Assembly (NCBI GenBank): GCA_028534125.1
Contig: CM052817.1
Span: 49,726,001 to 49,790,000 of the forward strand
DNA: 64,000 nucleotides
Direction of reading: 5' to 3'
Origin: Lama glama
Taxonomy: Eukaryota
In this document: positions 38,601-51,700 of the stretch, piece by piece
Position numbering within the stretch: the stretch's first letter is position 1
Layout of the letters: every line of letters begins with the position of its first letter
The notes under the pieces: generated by a model
What the model was told of the DNA's origin: nothing
The model's input: only the letters and a program-made list of their open reading frames with translations
Databases searched by the model: none
Position numbers and translations under genes: made by a program

Positions 38601-41600
38601 CTCTATTGTGACTTGGTAATAGGCCTGGCAGCCAGGAGAGAAGATGCATGCAGCTCCTGGAGAGGAAAGCTATTGTCTTGTGGGGAAGAGGCCTCTGCAG
38701 TGTCCCTGCAGAATACTAGCTCTCAAAGGAGAAAGGATTCACTTCTGCAGACTCAGAGGCTCAAGAGAAATCTGCAGAGTCGAAATCTTCAGGGACATCT
38801 GGCCAGATAACTACATCCTACATATCAGGACCTAAGTTTTACCAACCAGGGCTCTAACTTTGGAATAACAGATCTGTCTCTGTTGGATATTCAATCATTG
38901 TTGGACTTCAGCCACTCTATCCAATTCTGTGCTTGGTATTCAGCTTTTCCTGCTCATCCACTGCATGAAATGAGGGCAAGCTGAGGGAACAGACCTGGAG
39001 GAGTCAGAGTGGGCAGTATGTTAAAGTAACTAAAGGAAATTCAGTGGATAGAGTATAGAGTGTGAGAAGCAGGACAGGAAAGGAAAGTGAAAGGGTAGGC
39101 AAAGTCTACATGCCGCAGAGATCTGCCATCCACGTTAAGGAGAGTGAACTCTATCTTAAATACAAGAGGAGCTGCTGAAAAATTTTTAAAAGGACAGTGA
39201 CATAACATGTGTAATGATCATTCTTGTAGCCATGAAGAATGGACTAGAGTGGAGAAGATGAGAGGCAGAAAAGCTAATCAAGACTGTAGCAGTAATTCAG
39301 CTGAATAATTACAGTGGCCTGGAGTCATGTGGTGGCAGTGGGTACAAGGACAAGGGGGAAAATGGGTTCAATAAATATTTATGCACATTAAGACATTGAG
39401 AAAAGAGACGGAGTCAAGGTTGACACCCAGATTTCTAGTATGAGAACCGGGGTGAATGGGAGGTGACTTGTAGAGACTGAAAATAGTGGAGAAGCAGATT
39501 AGGAAGAAGGAGGACAAAGTCATGCAGACAAAGCACAAGTGAAAAGATCAGGCTTCCAAGGGAGGACGAAAACCTCTTCCACTATAATAGGAAGAATATA
39601 GGCAGATGTGTAAGATTTACAGACACAGTAGCAAGTGAGGGAGAGTCCATCTGAAGATGTCTATCTTTTTCTCCAACAGTAAAACTGTAAATCATCTGTT
39701 GAAAGCAAAGGCAGGGAATAAAGGATGGAAAATAAATATTTGGGGAAGAATAGAGAAGATCTGAAATGTTTTTTATAACACTAACCAAGGAAATCTGGCT
39801 GTACTGCTGGGCAGGGCAGTTTTAAAGAGCCAGTTAAGATCAATAGGTATAAATCAATAATGAGATCAATTTTAAAATAGATACTACTTATAAGAGTTAC
39901 ATGTATTCATACTGTTCTTGCTATCACCTAAACAAAACATCACTTAAAGCCTTTGGGGGATATATACTGGATAATTTTAATTTGAGTTTATCAATCAAAA
40001 CTTTCAGCTGATGAGATGATTTATGTTGAATATCAATATGTATATTTATTTGTCCTGATTGCTTCTCTGACTAGAGAAAAAGTCTAGTCTCTGACTAGAG
40101 AAAATAGTCATATTTGCATATGTATGTAGGAAAATGGAAATTACCCCTTTAGGGAAGAAAACAGCTCTATGCAGCCCAAGGGAGACTCATGTGGAGAACT
40201 TAGGAGAGGAGTAAAGATATATACTTCTTCCTTCAACAAGATAAAAAGGTATCTATGACCAAGAGGCTTCTTTGATCCCTTATAAGAAACTGATTAAAAA
40301 AATTAGTATGTGGATAGCACAAGAAAATAACAGGCTGCCAACATGAAAGCCATCCCAAGTTGTAATAAGCTTTGGATTTCTTAAACTATGTTTGAACAAA
40401 TGCTGCAGGGATAAGATTAGTTTGGAGAAGGCAAGGTCCCATGTTGAATCTAGGAAATGGGGTACTTTAGAAACACCTGGGGCCATTTTCAAATTGTATA
40501 CTCTCTCCACTTGTCAGTAATCGTGACCCCTACACATGTACACACACACTGCCTTCAGAATCACTGCTGAAAAAACAACCACATTACATATTGTGGTCTA
40601 CATTTGTTGGTTCATTTGATTTGATTTGACTGAATTTAATTTTCACTCCTCCATGAGAATGGTACTTTAACTTCATTTGTACATGTAAGAAAACTGAGGC
40701 TGACGCAGATAAACAACTTTTCTGAAACCTGAGAGGTAGTAGACAGAAGAACCAGGATTTAATTCTAGGTGTATTTTAACTCCAAAGAGTGTACTGTTTC
40801 TACTACAACGTGCCTTCTAAATGAACAAAAACCTTTGAAACATAGTAGGACCTACTTATTTCCCACTGCCTACAAGTCATAATCCACAAAATTAAACTTG
40901 GCCACATTTACAAAATCCAATTATTACCCAACTTTTAAATTCACATTTACAGTAAATGTAAACATTTATATTTAAACAACATTTTACAACTTTCAAATGG
41001 TGGGCACAAAATCTTTCTTTTTCTATCCGTATAATAACTCTGTGAGTGAGGTCATGACAAATTCATTACCAGCCACAGCCACATGACTGTGCTGCTCTGG
41101 ACCTGATGACTAAACAAACCCCAAATTCAAAGAAAACACTCTGGCCCACACCTTCTTGGATCATCTGCTCTTGGGTTGTTTTCTTCTGCTCATATTGTCA
41201 TGGCATGTTTCGTTGAGTGACTCATACTTCCTTCAAAGCTAGGTCTATTTTCAGACACTTGTGTATTTGGAGATACTCTCTTTACCAGGATCTCCCTCCT
41301 CAGCCTAGAAAGGCAAGAAATCCCAGCTCAATAGCTCAAGTACTGTATCCTCCATCAAAACAAATGATCTCTCTCATTAACCCTGTTCCTGTCAGTCCTC
41401 CCAAGTCAGACTTCTCAGTTTTGTAAACGTATGGCTGAAGGAATAAAATCAAGCCTATGGCAGGGAAGAAGAGGATTCTGATATTTTTTGTATGTCCTTT
41501 TACATTGCTTAGTCTTGTAATGGCTGCACTTCAAGAATAGAAGGGTCAAGTCCTATCCTGCTACGCCCAGAGGATCTGAAGATTAAGAGTCAACGTTTTT

Positions 41601-43506
41601 TGAATTAGTCCCTGTTAAGAGTAATTCCTTTGCCTCATAAACTATAATCGCATGCCCCACCTCTCTTTCTGTGTTGAGCTCTTCACAGGAAGTAGGAAGC
41701 TGCTTTCATACTGAGTGCAGTTTTTCCCCATCCCACTCGCCTGACTCATTCCCAAGTTCTGTTGTGAATAGTAATAGGACACCAGGATCTGCATTAATAT
41801 ATTTAGTTATTGGAAGTGCCAACAGTATGTGTTGACTAAGCGCCTACTCATTAAAAAAGGCTTTGCTGATTGCTCCAGGAAATACAAAGATGGAGAAGAA
41901 AGAACGTATATAGTAAGGGGGAAAGTGCTGTAAACAAAAACCAGAAGACAATATACTTCACATCTTTAAAAAATTATTAAAACAAAAGTAAAATTTTAAA
42001 GTACATTAAATATTTAAATAACTTGCCCCAATAAACTACTTTTCTTTTTTATTTATTTCAAGGGAAAATTCAGCAGTGGGGTGAAAAACAAAAACTACGT
42101 TCATGAAGGTGGTCAAAACACTTCACATTAGGAGATGGTTTCAGTATTTTATGATGAAGCTATTTGGTGTGATACGATTAACATTTTAAAATGTAGCCAT
42201 TAAAATTCTTAATAATTGATGAATATGGGTACTAGATTTGCAAATTTTCTGTAAGTCTGAAATTACATCAAAAAAGTTATACTTTTATATAGCTACTAGA
42301 TACATACACAGCTACTAGAAATAATATATACAGCTAATAGAAATAAAAATTAGTAACTGAGATATGCTTATGAAATAATATTAAGCATAAAAAGCACAAT
42401 ACAAAGGTTATACACTGATGTAACTCATGAAAAAGATTTGTACTCGTGAAAAGTACTTAAAGGTCAACATGTAAAATGAAAATGGTTTGTTTAGGTAACT
42501 ATTCAAAAGTTTTAAAAATATTGTTTTATTCTTTTTACTAAAACAAAACAAAACAACATCAGAATATCAGGCCTAAGCCAAAGGATCTGATAAAAATATA
42601 TAAAGAAAGAATATGGAGGAGCCCATGCATTCCTGTCCATTATATGGTTTGCACAATATATTAAAAACTGTATATGTAACTGAACACTTCTCAAGTTGCA
42701 GTCCTGGAGTAAATTCATTTGCCATTAGCTATCAGTGCTTTACAAGATAAAGTCATATAATTTTAGAGTTGAAAATGTTCTCTAAGACCACCTGATTCAG
42801 CTTCTCATTTTCTCAGGAATAAATGAGACTCACAGAGGAATAAGTAATTTTTTTCCTTAGGCTGTTTTCACCAACTAATTGTTGGTTGGTGAAAACAGCA
42901 GAGCCTAGAATTCAAGTTTTCTAATTTTATTACACATTCCAGTTATTTAGCATTCATTATTTCTCACAAAGTAACCTCAACATAACCTTCCAAATTCATT
43001 TCCTATCCTTTCCCACACAATAGACAGGAATATCCTTTCTCACTTCCATGCTATTCCTCCTCTATGTTTTCTTGGGCTCTGCCCTGCCTGAAAACACTGC
43101 CCGACACTCTCCATCCTTACCGGAGCCCCAAACATACTCGTACTACACTCTGCTGTCCACACATCTACTGGCAGTATTGAATTAGAATTATTTTCAAAAG
43201 ACATACTCAGAAAAAGACTAAGTGAACTTCAGTTCCAACTGTTCTGCTTGCTTATCGCACACTTTGTACACCTACTCAATTACTTTTCTGAATCTATTTT
43301 ATATGCCATGAGAAAAACAGGATTTTATCACAGAGAAGAGAGAATTCAAAGATAGTATTACCCATTAATTTCCATAATGTATGGAAAGTATTTATTTTAT
43401 GATAGTCCTTGGCTTGGTGTGGCAAAGAATGAAGTACACAACAAACAGAAAGATGGGCAAGAGTGTCACATCTTTTCTAAATTAAAGACAATGATGATTT
43501 CAAAAT

Positions 43507-43694
43507 TGTAGAATAGATAAACAAGATTACACTGTATAGCACAGGGAAATATACACAAAATGTTATGATAAATCACAGAGAAAAAAATGTGACAATGAGT
43601 GTGTATATGTCCATGAATGACTGAAAAATTGTGCTGAACACTGGAATTTGACACAACATTGTAAAATGATTATAAATCAATAAAAAATGTTAAA
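43507..43694 (+). mobile_element. Young lineage-specific L1 3' end (camelid-type tail), running into a gap
   Basis: atagataaacaagattacactgtatagcacagggaaatata...ctggaatttgacacaacattgtaaaatgattataaatcaataaaaaatgttaaa. Confidence 0.8.
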
Positions 43695-43794
43695 NNNNNN
43701 NNNNNNNNNNNNNNNNNNNNNNNNNNNNNNNNNNNNNNNNNNNNNNNNNNNNNNNNNNNNNNNNNNNNNNNNNNNNNNNNNNNNNNNNNNNNNN
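43695..43794. other. Assembly gap (100 N) at the L1 poly(A) tail
   Basis: Exactly 100 N. Confidence 0.99.
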
Positions 43795-43799
43795 GAAAA

Positions 43800-43935
43800 A
43801 AATAAATAAAAATGGGCAGAGTAACTGAACAGACATTTTTCTAAAGAAGACATAAAAATGACCAATAGGTACATGAAAAGGTGCTTAACATCACTAATTA
43901 TCAGGGAAATGCAAATAAAAACCACAATGTGATAA
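43800..43935 (+). mobile_element. Older L1 ORF2 3' fragment
   Basis: aaatgggcagagtaactgaacagacatttttctaaagaagacata...catcactaattatcagggaaatgcaaataaaaaccacaatg. Confidence 0.85.
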
Positions 43936-44049
43936 AAAAAAAAGACAATGATGATACAGCCTGCGAAGTCACAAACTTTCATAAAATACCTATCACCTGT
44001 TATCACGTTTAATCACAATTTACTAGTATAAATAAAATTCTTACTGATT

Positions 44050-44272
44050 TGTGAAGTTCCCTGTCTATTTCTGATTCCACTCCACAAGTCATACAATTGG
44101 TTCAAGTTGATTCCTTCAGACTTGTTTAACAAGTTAGATTTTAATTATGTGGGATTTCCTCCTTTGTCTTCAGTTCCTTCATAGATCACACACAAGAGTC
44201 ATTCACTTGAATGGAAATCTCAGAGCAATTGGATAGGCAGAAAAAAGGACTTCTTCATTACTCAGGATTAAA
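44050..44272 (+). promoter_or_regulatory. TMPRSS11D: TMPRSS11D proximal promoter and 5' UTR
   Basis: Directly upstream of the ATG; 44208-44280 resembles the recalled HAT cDNA leader (...aggcagaaaaaag...ttcatta..ggattaaaATGTATAG); exact TSS unknown. Confidence 0.6.
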
Positions 44273-44280
44273 ATGTATAG
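44273..44280 (+). CDS. TMPRSS11D: TMPRSS11D (HAT) exon 1 coding part: M-Y-(R)
   Basis: ttaaaATGTATAG|gtaagt; A at -3, consensus donor; joins exon 62801 in frame to give MYRPARV. Confidence 0.88.
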
Positions 44281-47200
44281 GTAAGTCTTGTTTTTTTCTC
44301 CACAATGTTGAAAGTTTTACTATATCATAAAGCATGTGAAAAATGTACGGAAACATAAGAAATTTTATATATGTCTCACAATCTTCTAGTTACTTTTCCC
44401 AAAACTTCATTAAAACTCTTAAATATTGTTTAGATAATATGTTTGATATTGTTTAAATATGGTGCTTGGCTGCTTGACTGAATTTTTTATGAAATTAATA
44501 AACCTGAAGAGACAGCTTAGTGTTATGAAAACATGTCTTTAAATAAGGAATTGTTTTTGTTTTCTTGTGTTTAATTTTCAAAAAAGTGATGTGTGGATTT
44601 TAAAATGTAGGCAGTAAAAATAATTCCTCTGTTGTTTGAAAATTTTTTGAGGATTATGTATTTTTACTCCTGTCACAGTATCATTACTACATGTGCAGTG
44701 ATGTAAAGTCCTCTTTAAGAAAGTAAAGACAGTATTTGTCTACCTTTTATACACTATGGTATTGTTATTTTCAAGTAAGTTTTTGTTGATACTTAAGAAA
44801 AAAATAGTATCTACTTAGTTTCCTTTCTAGTTAATAATGGTTTATTTTCATACACTTTCAGATAAAAAAGCAACAAATTGTAGCACAATCTAGAGTCAGA
44901 TGGTACAATCTCAAAATTATACAATTTGATTTGTTTGTATCTGCATCTCTGAGTATATTGTCCATTTTGTCTTCTTATGAACACAGAAAAATATGACACT
45001 AATTAAGTCATTTTAAAAGGGAAATAAAGAAAATATGGACAATCTGTTGGCCATGTTGTGTAGTTGAGTTTATTTTAAATCTCCTGAACTTCAGAAAACT
45101 TGATCAAAATTAAAATCATTTTAATAAAATATATGTACAATTATGTGTGTTTGAATATATATGAGTAAAAAATGGGTAGCAGTCTAAGTTTCCAAAAATA
45201 AATAATAATTAACAATTAATAACATAAAAATAATAAAAATTATTTCACATTCAAACAAGGGATAGGTTTAATAACCTATTAAAATAGGTTAAAATCTATA
45301 AAGTAATTTATATATTGTATCTTCTCATTTTATGTGAAAGTGAATCACAAAATTGTATTTAGTCACTGACTAGCACTTTGTACAGTTACACATGTGAAAA
45401 GTCTAATGAGAAATACAAAACAGTAATCATGTTTGCTGTATTAAAGTGGTAAGCTTATGAATTATATTTTTCCATCATTCCTAAACCTTCTGTAACAATG
45501 TAGTATTGTTTTGGTAGTCACAATACAGTTAGAAATGTATTTTGCAGAAATATTTTTAATCTCACAAAGAAATTTCTGATTTTTTAAAAAAATTGATCCT
45601 TATAAACAGCTAGATGTCATTCAAAGGAAAATAGAGGAAAACATGGAAACATGCACATAATGAAAGAGAAGTACAATTTCAGAATGCCTTGAATCAATCT
45701 AATTTCTAAACTGACCCATCCTTATAGGAAATACGACGCTCAATCAGAACCAAACTTTCCAATTACAAAGAACTCTTCTTTGGAACTTTGGTTTCTATGG
45801 ATCACACTTTGAAATATTTTAGCTCTTAAAAATAAGCTGCATCTATAAATAATAAGTGTTTCCTTTTTTATTAACCTGAAAACATATAATTCACAATTGG
45901 TTTTGTTCATTGGTTAGTTGGTTGGTTTTTACTGAAATGAGATAATCAGAGTTACCATGCCAAATTGGTGAAATTTTGAAAATAACTTATGGACTTTCAT
46001 TCATCAATTTGAGGGCCCATGACTAGGAAACAATGCCTTCTTTCAATCTGAATAAAGAGCAGAATTTGTGTGGGAAGGGAAGAGCATATTTAAATGGCTT
46101 GGGGAGTTAAAAAATAGACAAATTTTTATTTTGACAATCTTATTTCTAAAGCAGGACATCTGCCTGAGTTTAATATTGCACAGGATGAATTAAAACATAG
46201 ATTTCTTCTCTACTGGAATATTCCCATCAGCATAAAGACATACCATAATATCTCCAATCAAAAAAAAAAAAAAAACTCACACTTCACTATTTTCTAATTC
46301 TTCCATACGCTCTGAGGAAGCAGGTTATCCAAATCGTGGAGGGGAAGGAAAATTAAAGTAATATGTTTTTAGGTAGTTCTAGGTCATTTTTAGGTAATTT
46401 TAGGTAAATCTCCAGGTAATTCTGTGATACCTTTGGTTGAGACTGGGTTCTTTTGGATTGTTTGATCACTTTTATATATAAATTAAACTCTCAGAACTCT
46501 TTTAGTTTGTCCTCTCCTGAAGCTTGCAAAGTTGGTATGTTCCTTTACCCACCTGTTCATCCCTACATGAAGAAGGAAATCCTACCACCAAGGGACCCAG
46601 GAACCTGGCATTATGATATAATCATGATATAATTCATTCCAAATCTTTAAGTATTGCAAATTTTCTCAGGCCCTCTAGGAGAGTGTCTTGTCAACTGGAT
46701 TACATAAAAAGTATGAGGTAAGATTTGGAAAATAGGATGAAGATTAAAAGCTAGAATTCAGAATGTAGTCTAAGGAAAGATTTACTGTAAATGAGCATAT
46801 CTCAGCTCAGGAACGGACATGTCTTAGCAGGACTCTTTCCATTGTAACAAATCTCATTTCCATTTTCTTCCTTTTTGTCCATGCTCATGGTATGATTAAC
46901 TGACTGCAGAGACACGTGAAAGCCAGTCAAATGCCATGAAATAAAAAGCCAAAACTGTCAGAAATACATTCCAAATTCTACCTGTTATTTCTATTCTGTC
47001 TAATGAATTGTGATTTTAACTTTCAGAAACCATGCTTAAAATTACAAATCATCAGGCAAAGGATAGATATATTTCTTAATGGAAATTAGTCCAGTGGACA
47101 CCAGCTTTACAGTTACAGTCCAAAATGGCACATTTAAGGTATAAGGTATTATCCATAAAAACCTTAGGCCACATGCTAAAACAGCTGCCCATTTGGTCAG

Positions 47201-48094
47201 AATGTTTTTCTAATGTTGGTAAAGGCTGGGGAGTGGTGATGGCATTATAATACTGGTGATTGCTATCAGTCACCTAGAATCATATATTTTCTAACAAATC
47301 TCCTATATCCACTGCCAATTTGCCCTCCAAAAGATACTCAAGCTACTTCCTCAGAAACTTGTTACTCATCTGGCTCATGTCAGTCCAGCCCCCAAGATGG
47401 CTTTGGTTGATACCCCTAAAATAAGTCATAAGAACAAGAATTAATGTCTATTTTTAAGGGAACCTAAAGATACCTAATCCATTTCCTTAAAAGCTGTTGC
47501 TCCAACTTGAAGGATAGCATTCCCTTGAGTAAAGAAAACTTGCCATAATGTCAGTTTTTCAGAGTATTAAGTCCAAATCTGGCATATGTGCATGATATGT
47601 AAAAGTAAAGCACCATCCTAAGCCTGAAATCACTCACTGGGTGACTAAGATCATTGAAAAATAAAACTGACTTTGGGAAAGTTTACACTAATGAATAACT
47701 CAGCAGAAAAAAATGGCAGATTCTTTAGAATATTTATGATATCCATGTGTCAGAAGTATGAACAAGTGTATCAATGGTTAATAAAAGGATATGTGAGTTC
47801 AAGTTTCAAGTTAGTGGATAAAAAGATCTATTGAACATTTTTCTAACACTGATAATTTTTTATTCTGAGTTAAATACATTAAAACATACAGTTTCCTTCT
47901 CTGCTGGAATATTCCCATTAGTATAAAGAGATACCAAGCTATCTCCAGTTTAAAAAAATTCCTCCATTGACCCATATCCCTTCTCTAGCTATTGCCTCAT
48001 TTCTCATTTCCTCCCCTTAACAGCAAAACTCTTGTAAAGGTTTGTTTAGACCCACTGCCTCTATTCTTATTTTCTTCTTCCATTCACTTTTTTA

Positions 48095-48312
48095 CTTTTT
48101 AAAATTTTTATTGTTAAATATATCACACATAAAGACTAATTGTAAAAATGGACCTCTAGGTACTCAACATTATTAAGAAAAATAGTATCATCAGTACTTT
48201 AGAAAACTCTGTGGACTCTTCCTCAATTACATCCTATCCACTAACTGCCCTCCCCTCACTTTGGCCCTGTAACTGTTATCTGGCATGTATCTAAATTTTT
48301 TTATGGTTTCAC

Positions 48313-48360
<48 letters not shown>

Positions 48361-48735
48361 TACACATACACACACACATATATACACACACACACACACA
48401 CATACACACACACATACACACACACATATATATTCCCTAAAGAACATATTGTTTAGTTCTACATATATTTTAAATTCATTACATGGGATCAAAATTATGC
48501 TTTATAAGTGTATAGTAATAACTTATTCATGTTCACAGCTATGTGATATTCCATTCTAAGAGTCTGATATAACTTACATAACCACTCTTTGGGGATTTTA
48601 CCATTAAAAATGACACAGCTTTGAACATTCTTAAATGGGTCAAATGGTACAAACAACCAAGAGTTTCTCTTAGGTGTGTTCCTGCAAATGAATCTTCTGG
48701 ACCATAGGGTGTATGCATGTTTATCTTTAACTTTT
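48095..48735 (-). mobile_element. Old L1M 3' fragment nested in an L2
   Basis: tttttattgttaaatatatcacacata start; gtgatattccatt and tctggaccatagggtgtatgcatgttt motifs. Confidence 0.6.
48313..48432. repeat. Compound (TA)n(CA)n microsatellite
   Basis: Directly visible dinucleotide array of about 120 nt. Confidence 0.98.
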
Positions 48736-51700
48736 CCTCTTAATCCCATTACAAGCAGATTCTCATCTTCACAGCTCTCAAATAGCTCTTGTCTAGCTCT
48801 CCAGTGATCATCCAAACGTAAAATCCAATGGTCAGATCTCAGAGCTCATTTTACTTAACAGCTTCACAGCAGATCATTTACTCCTTGAAATACAGTCTTA
48901 AAGCTTCCAAAACATTATTCTCCCTTGATTTTTCTCTTATCCTACTGGTCAGACTTTCTGAGTTTATATGCTATATCTTTCTCATTTTCCTATTGCCCAA
49001 ATTATGAAACACAATTTCTTTTCTTCTAGCTCTACTTATCCAGTTACATGTTTTCCAATACTGTTTCAGCTGATGATTCCCAAAGGCAGGTAGTGATCCC
49101 TCAAGTCCACAGTCATTCACTGGGAAACCCAAAATGCTCATGCTTGAAAATAACTTATAAATCAATACGGCAAATAAGCCATTTTGAATCTTAAAACCCA
49201 AACACTTTATTTATACCTCTTTTGTGATAATTATTGTATTATTTCTTATGCTTTATTTAATTCAACTATATGTTATTCATCCAATGAAAAAACATCCACT
49301 TATTGAGTGCCTACTTTTTGTGAGTAGTTGTTTTTGGTGCTAGGCATACAGAAATGGAACAGAAAGGCCTAGACTCTGTTTTCATGTCATTTATTGGGAA
49401 GGCAGGCACTAAAAAAATTAAACAAGTAAGTTATCTATTTAATTCTACTTGTGACAAGCACTATGAAAAGAAGTTTAGGGACTCTGATTAATTAAGATGA
49501 ATGGAAGCACCTGTCATTGAACACATTTATTCTATGGAAATCTTAGCAGAGCAAAAGGTAGTTTTTACTGAAAATCACAATCTTCCTTGCCAGGAGCAAC
49601 CATATCAGCGATTAAAATGAAAATATGTGATTTCACTTTGATTTGTTTAATAAGATGATACAAAAATAAGTATTATAGTAAACTATCTAGGAGTTTATGG
49701 AAGGCTTCTCTGAGGAAGTATTATTTAAGCAAAAATTAAATGCAGGCAGGAAACTGATCATACCAGTCTCTGAAAGCCACATTAAAGAGCTGGCATTATA
49801 TTCTAAGAGAAATGAAAAACAAAGATTTGACAAAGGCAGAGACATTATTATATTAGAATTTTAAAAAGATCATTCTGATTCTCTCTAGAGAATGATCACT
49901 GTGGAGAGGGGGAGATACCCATTGATGAAGGGATACCAGCTTGAGGCTAGTTCCGTATTTCAGAAATGGAATGAATATGGCTCCAACAAAAGTGCTGGGA
50001 GTTGTGATAAAACTTGTGACATATCTAAGAAGTAAAAAGGATGCAACTTGACACTCAATTGGATGTGAGGGATAAGAGAGAAATCAATCATGATTTTCAG
50101 GGTTTCCACATGAATAACTTGGTGTATGTAGGTATCATTTACTAAAAAAGAAAATGTCAAAAAAAAAAAGTCCATTTGATGGGGCAGAGAGAGGTTGTCA
50201 GTGTTAGAAGGGAGAAGACAATTCTGCTTTGGAAGTGTTGCGTTCTAAACACCAAGTGGGGATATGTGAAGGATGCAGTTGAACATTTCAGTCTCAAAAT
50301 CATATATAGATCAGCATTTCTCACAGTGTAATATCTGGTTTATTTCTATCTGGATCCCCTAGGGCACTTGTTAAAAATGCAAATTTTTGAGCAGCAAGAC
50401 CAGATCTACTGAACAGTCTGAGTGTTGGATGCAGGAATTTTCACTTTTATAAACTTTTCAATTGATTTTTACACACAGAAAAGCTTGAGAACTGTTAGCT
50501 TAGATGGTAATTAAAGTTGATTAAATGAAATCAACTAGAGAGAAAAGTGAACACCCAAGACAGAGCATGGAGCAGCAGACTCTTAAGACTGAATAGAAGA
50601 GAAGCAATCAGCAAAGGGCATCAGAAGGATAAAAAGATGTGTCAAATCATGAAAAACAACAGAAAGAGACTATTTCAATAAAAAGGAATAGTCAAGGGTG
50701 TGAAATGCTGCTAATAGGTTTCACCTTATCCTCCTTCAGACAGTCATGAATGCCTTAAAGCAGGATAATTCTTTGGCCATTTTTTTAAAATGTCCTCAGT
50801 GTCCAGCAAAATAGTGTAAAGAGAACTCAATTATCTATTGATTTTTCCACCATTCATTTAATAAACAGTGTTAATAGAGTGTCCATCACGTCCCGAGTTG
50901 CAAAATAAGTAAATAAATAAGACCTCAAAAAAAGATCACAGATGAAAAATCAAGAGATACCTCTGTAGCACTACTTAATCTCTCTTTAGATCAGTTTATT
51001 TATCTGCATAATGGGTAAGATGGAGTGGATATTCCTGAAGTTCCCTTCCACGGGTAACATTCTGTGATTCTGCAGAATTGTTATTGCTCTTACAAAAGGC
51101 CATTACAAAAGAACAGTATTAGCAGCTAGAGCTGGTTTCAACCTAAAAGAGGAATGTAGAATTTACCATTTATTGAATATAAGCCAGAGTTCTAAGTACT
51201 TTACAAACAGCACCTCATTTAATTTTCACCCCATTCTGATGCATGTTATTATCCCCATTTTAAGAATGAGGAAACTAAGGTTCAGAGAGGTTTTGTCACT
51301 TGCCCAGAGTCACACTGTGTCTGTCTGATTACAAAATCTATGATTATCACTATAGTAATGTACTCTTTCTGTATTACTTGTACAGCAATTAGAAATTCAA
51401 TGCTCCCAACAGGACTAGTATTTCATAGGAATAGTATATAAAAACAGAAAAAACAGTGATTATAGATACATTTGTTCAGCAGACAGAAAGGAATGCCTTA
51501 TGTGTTCAGCTCTTCATTCCCATGTTAGAACCATGGAAATATTCACAGAGTAGACAGGGCCTCACTTTCATCATCTAATCCATCCTCTCACTGTACAGAT
51601 ACACTTAAAACAGACCATCAAAAACTTCAGGAGATGCAGTGGAGAACCAATCACAATCAGTCCCTGCCCTCATTTGCTTGACTGACCAAACACTGACACA

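Noticed and set aside
48227..48492. Cys/Val-repeat ORFs
   Set aside because: Translation of the (TA)n(CA)n microsatellite
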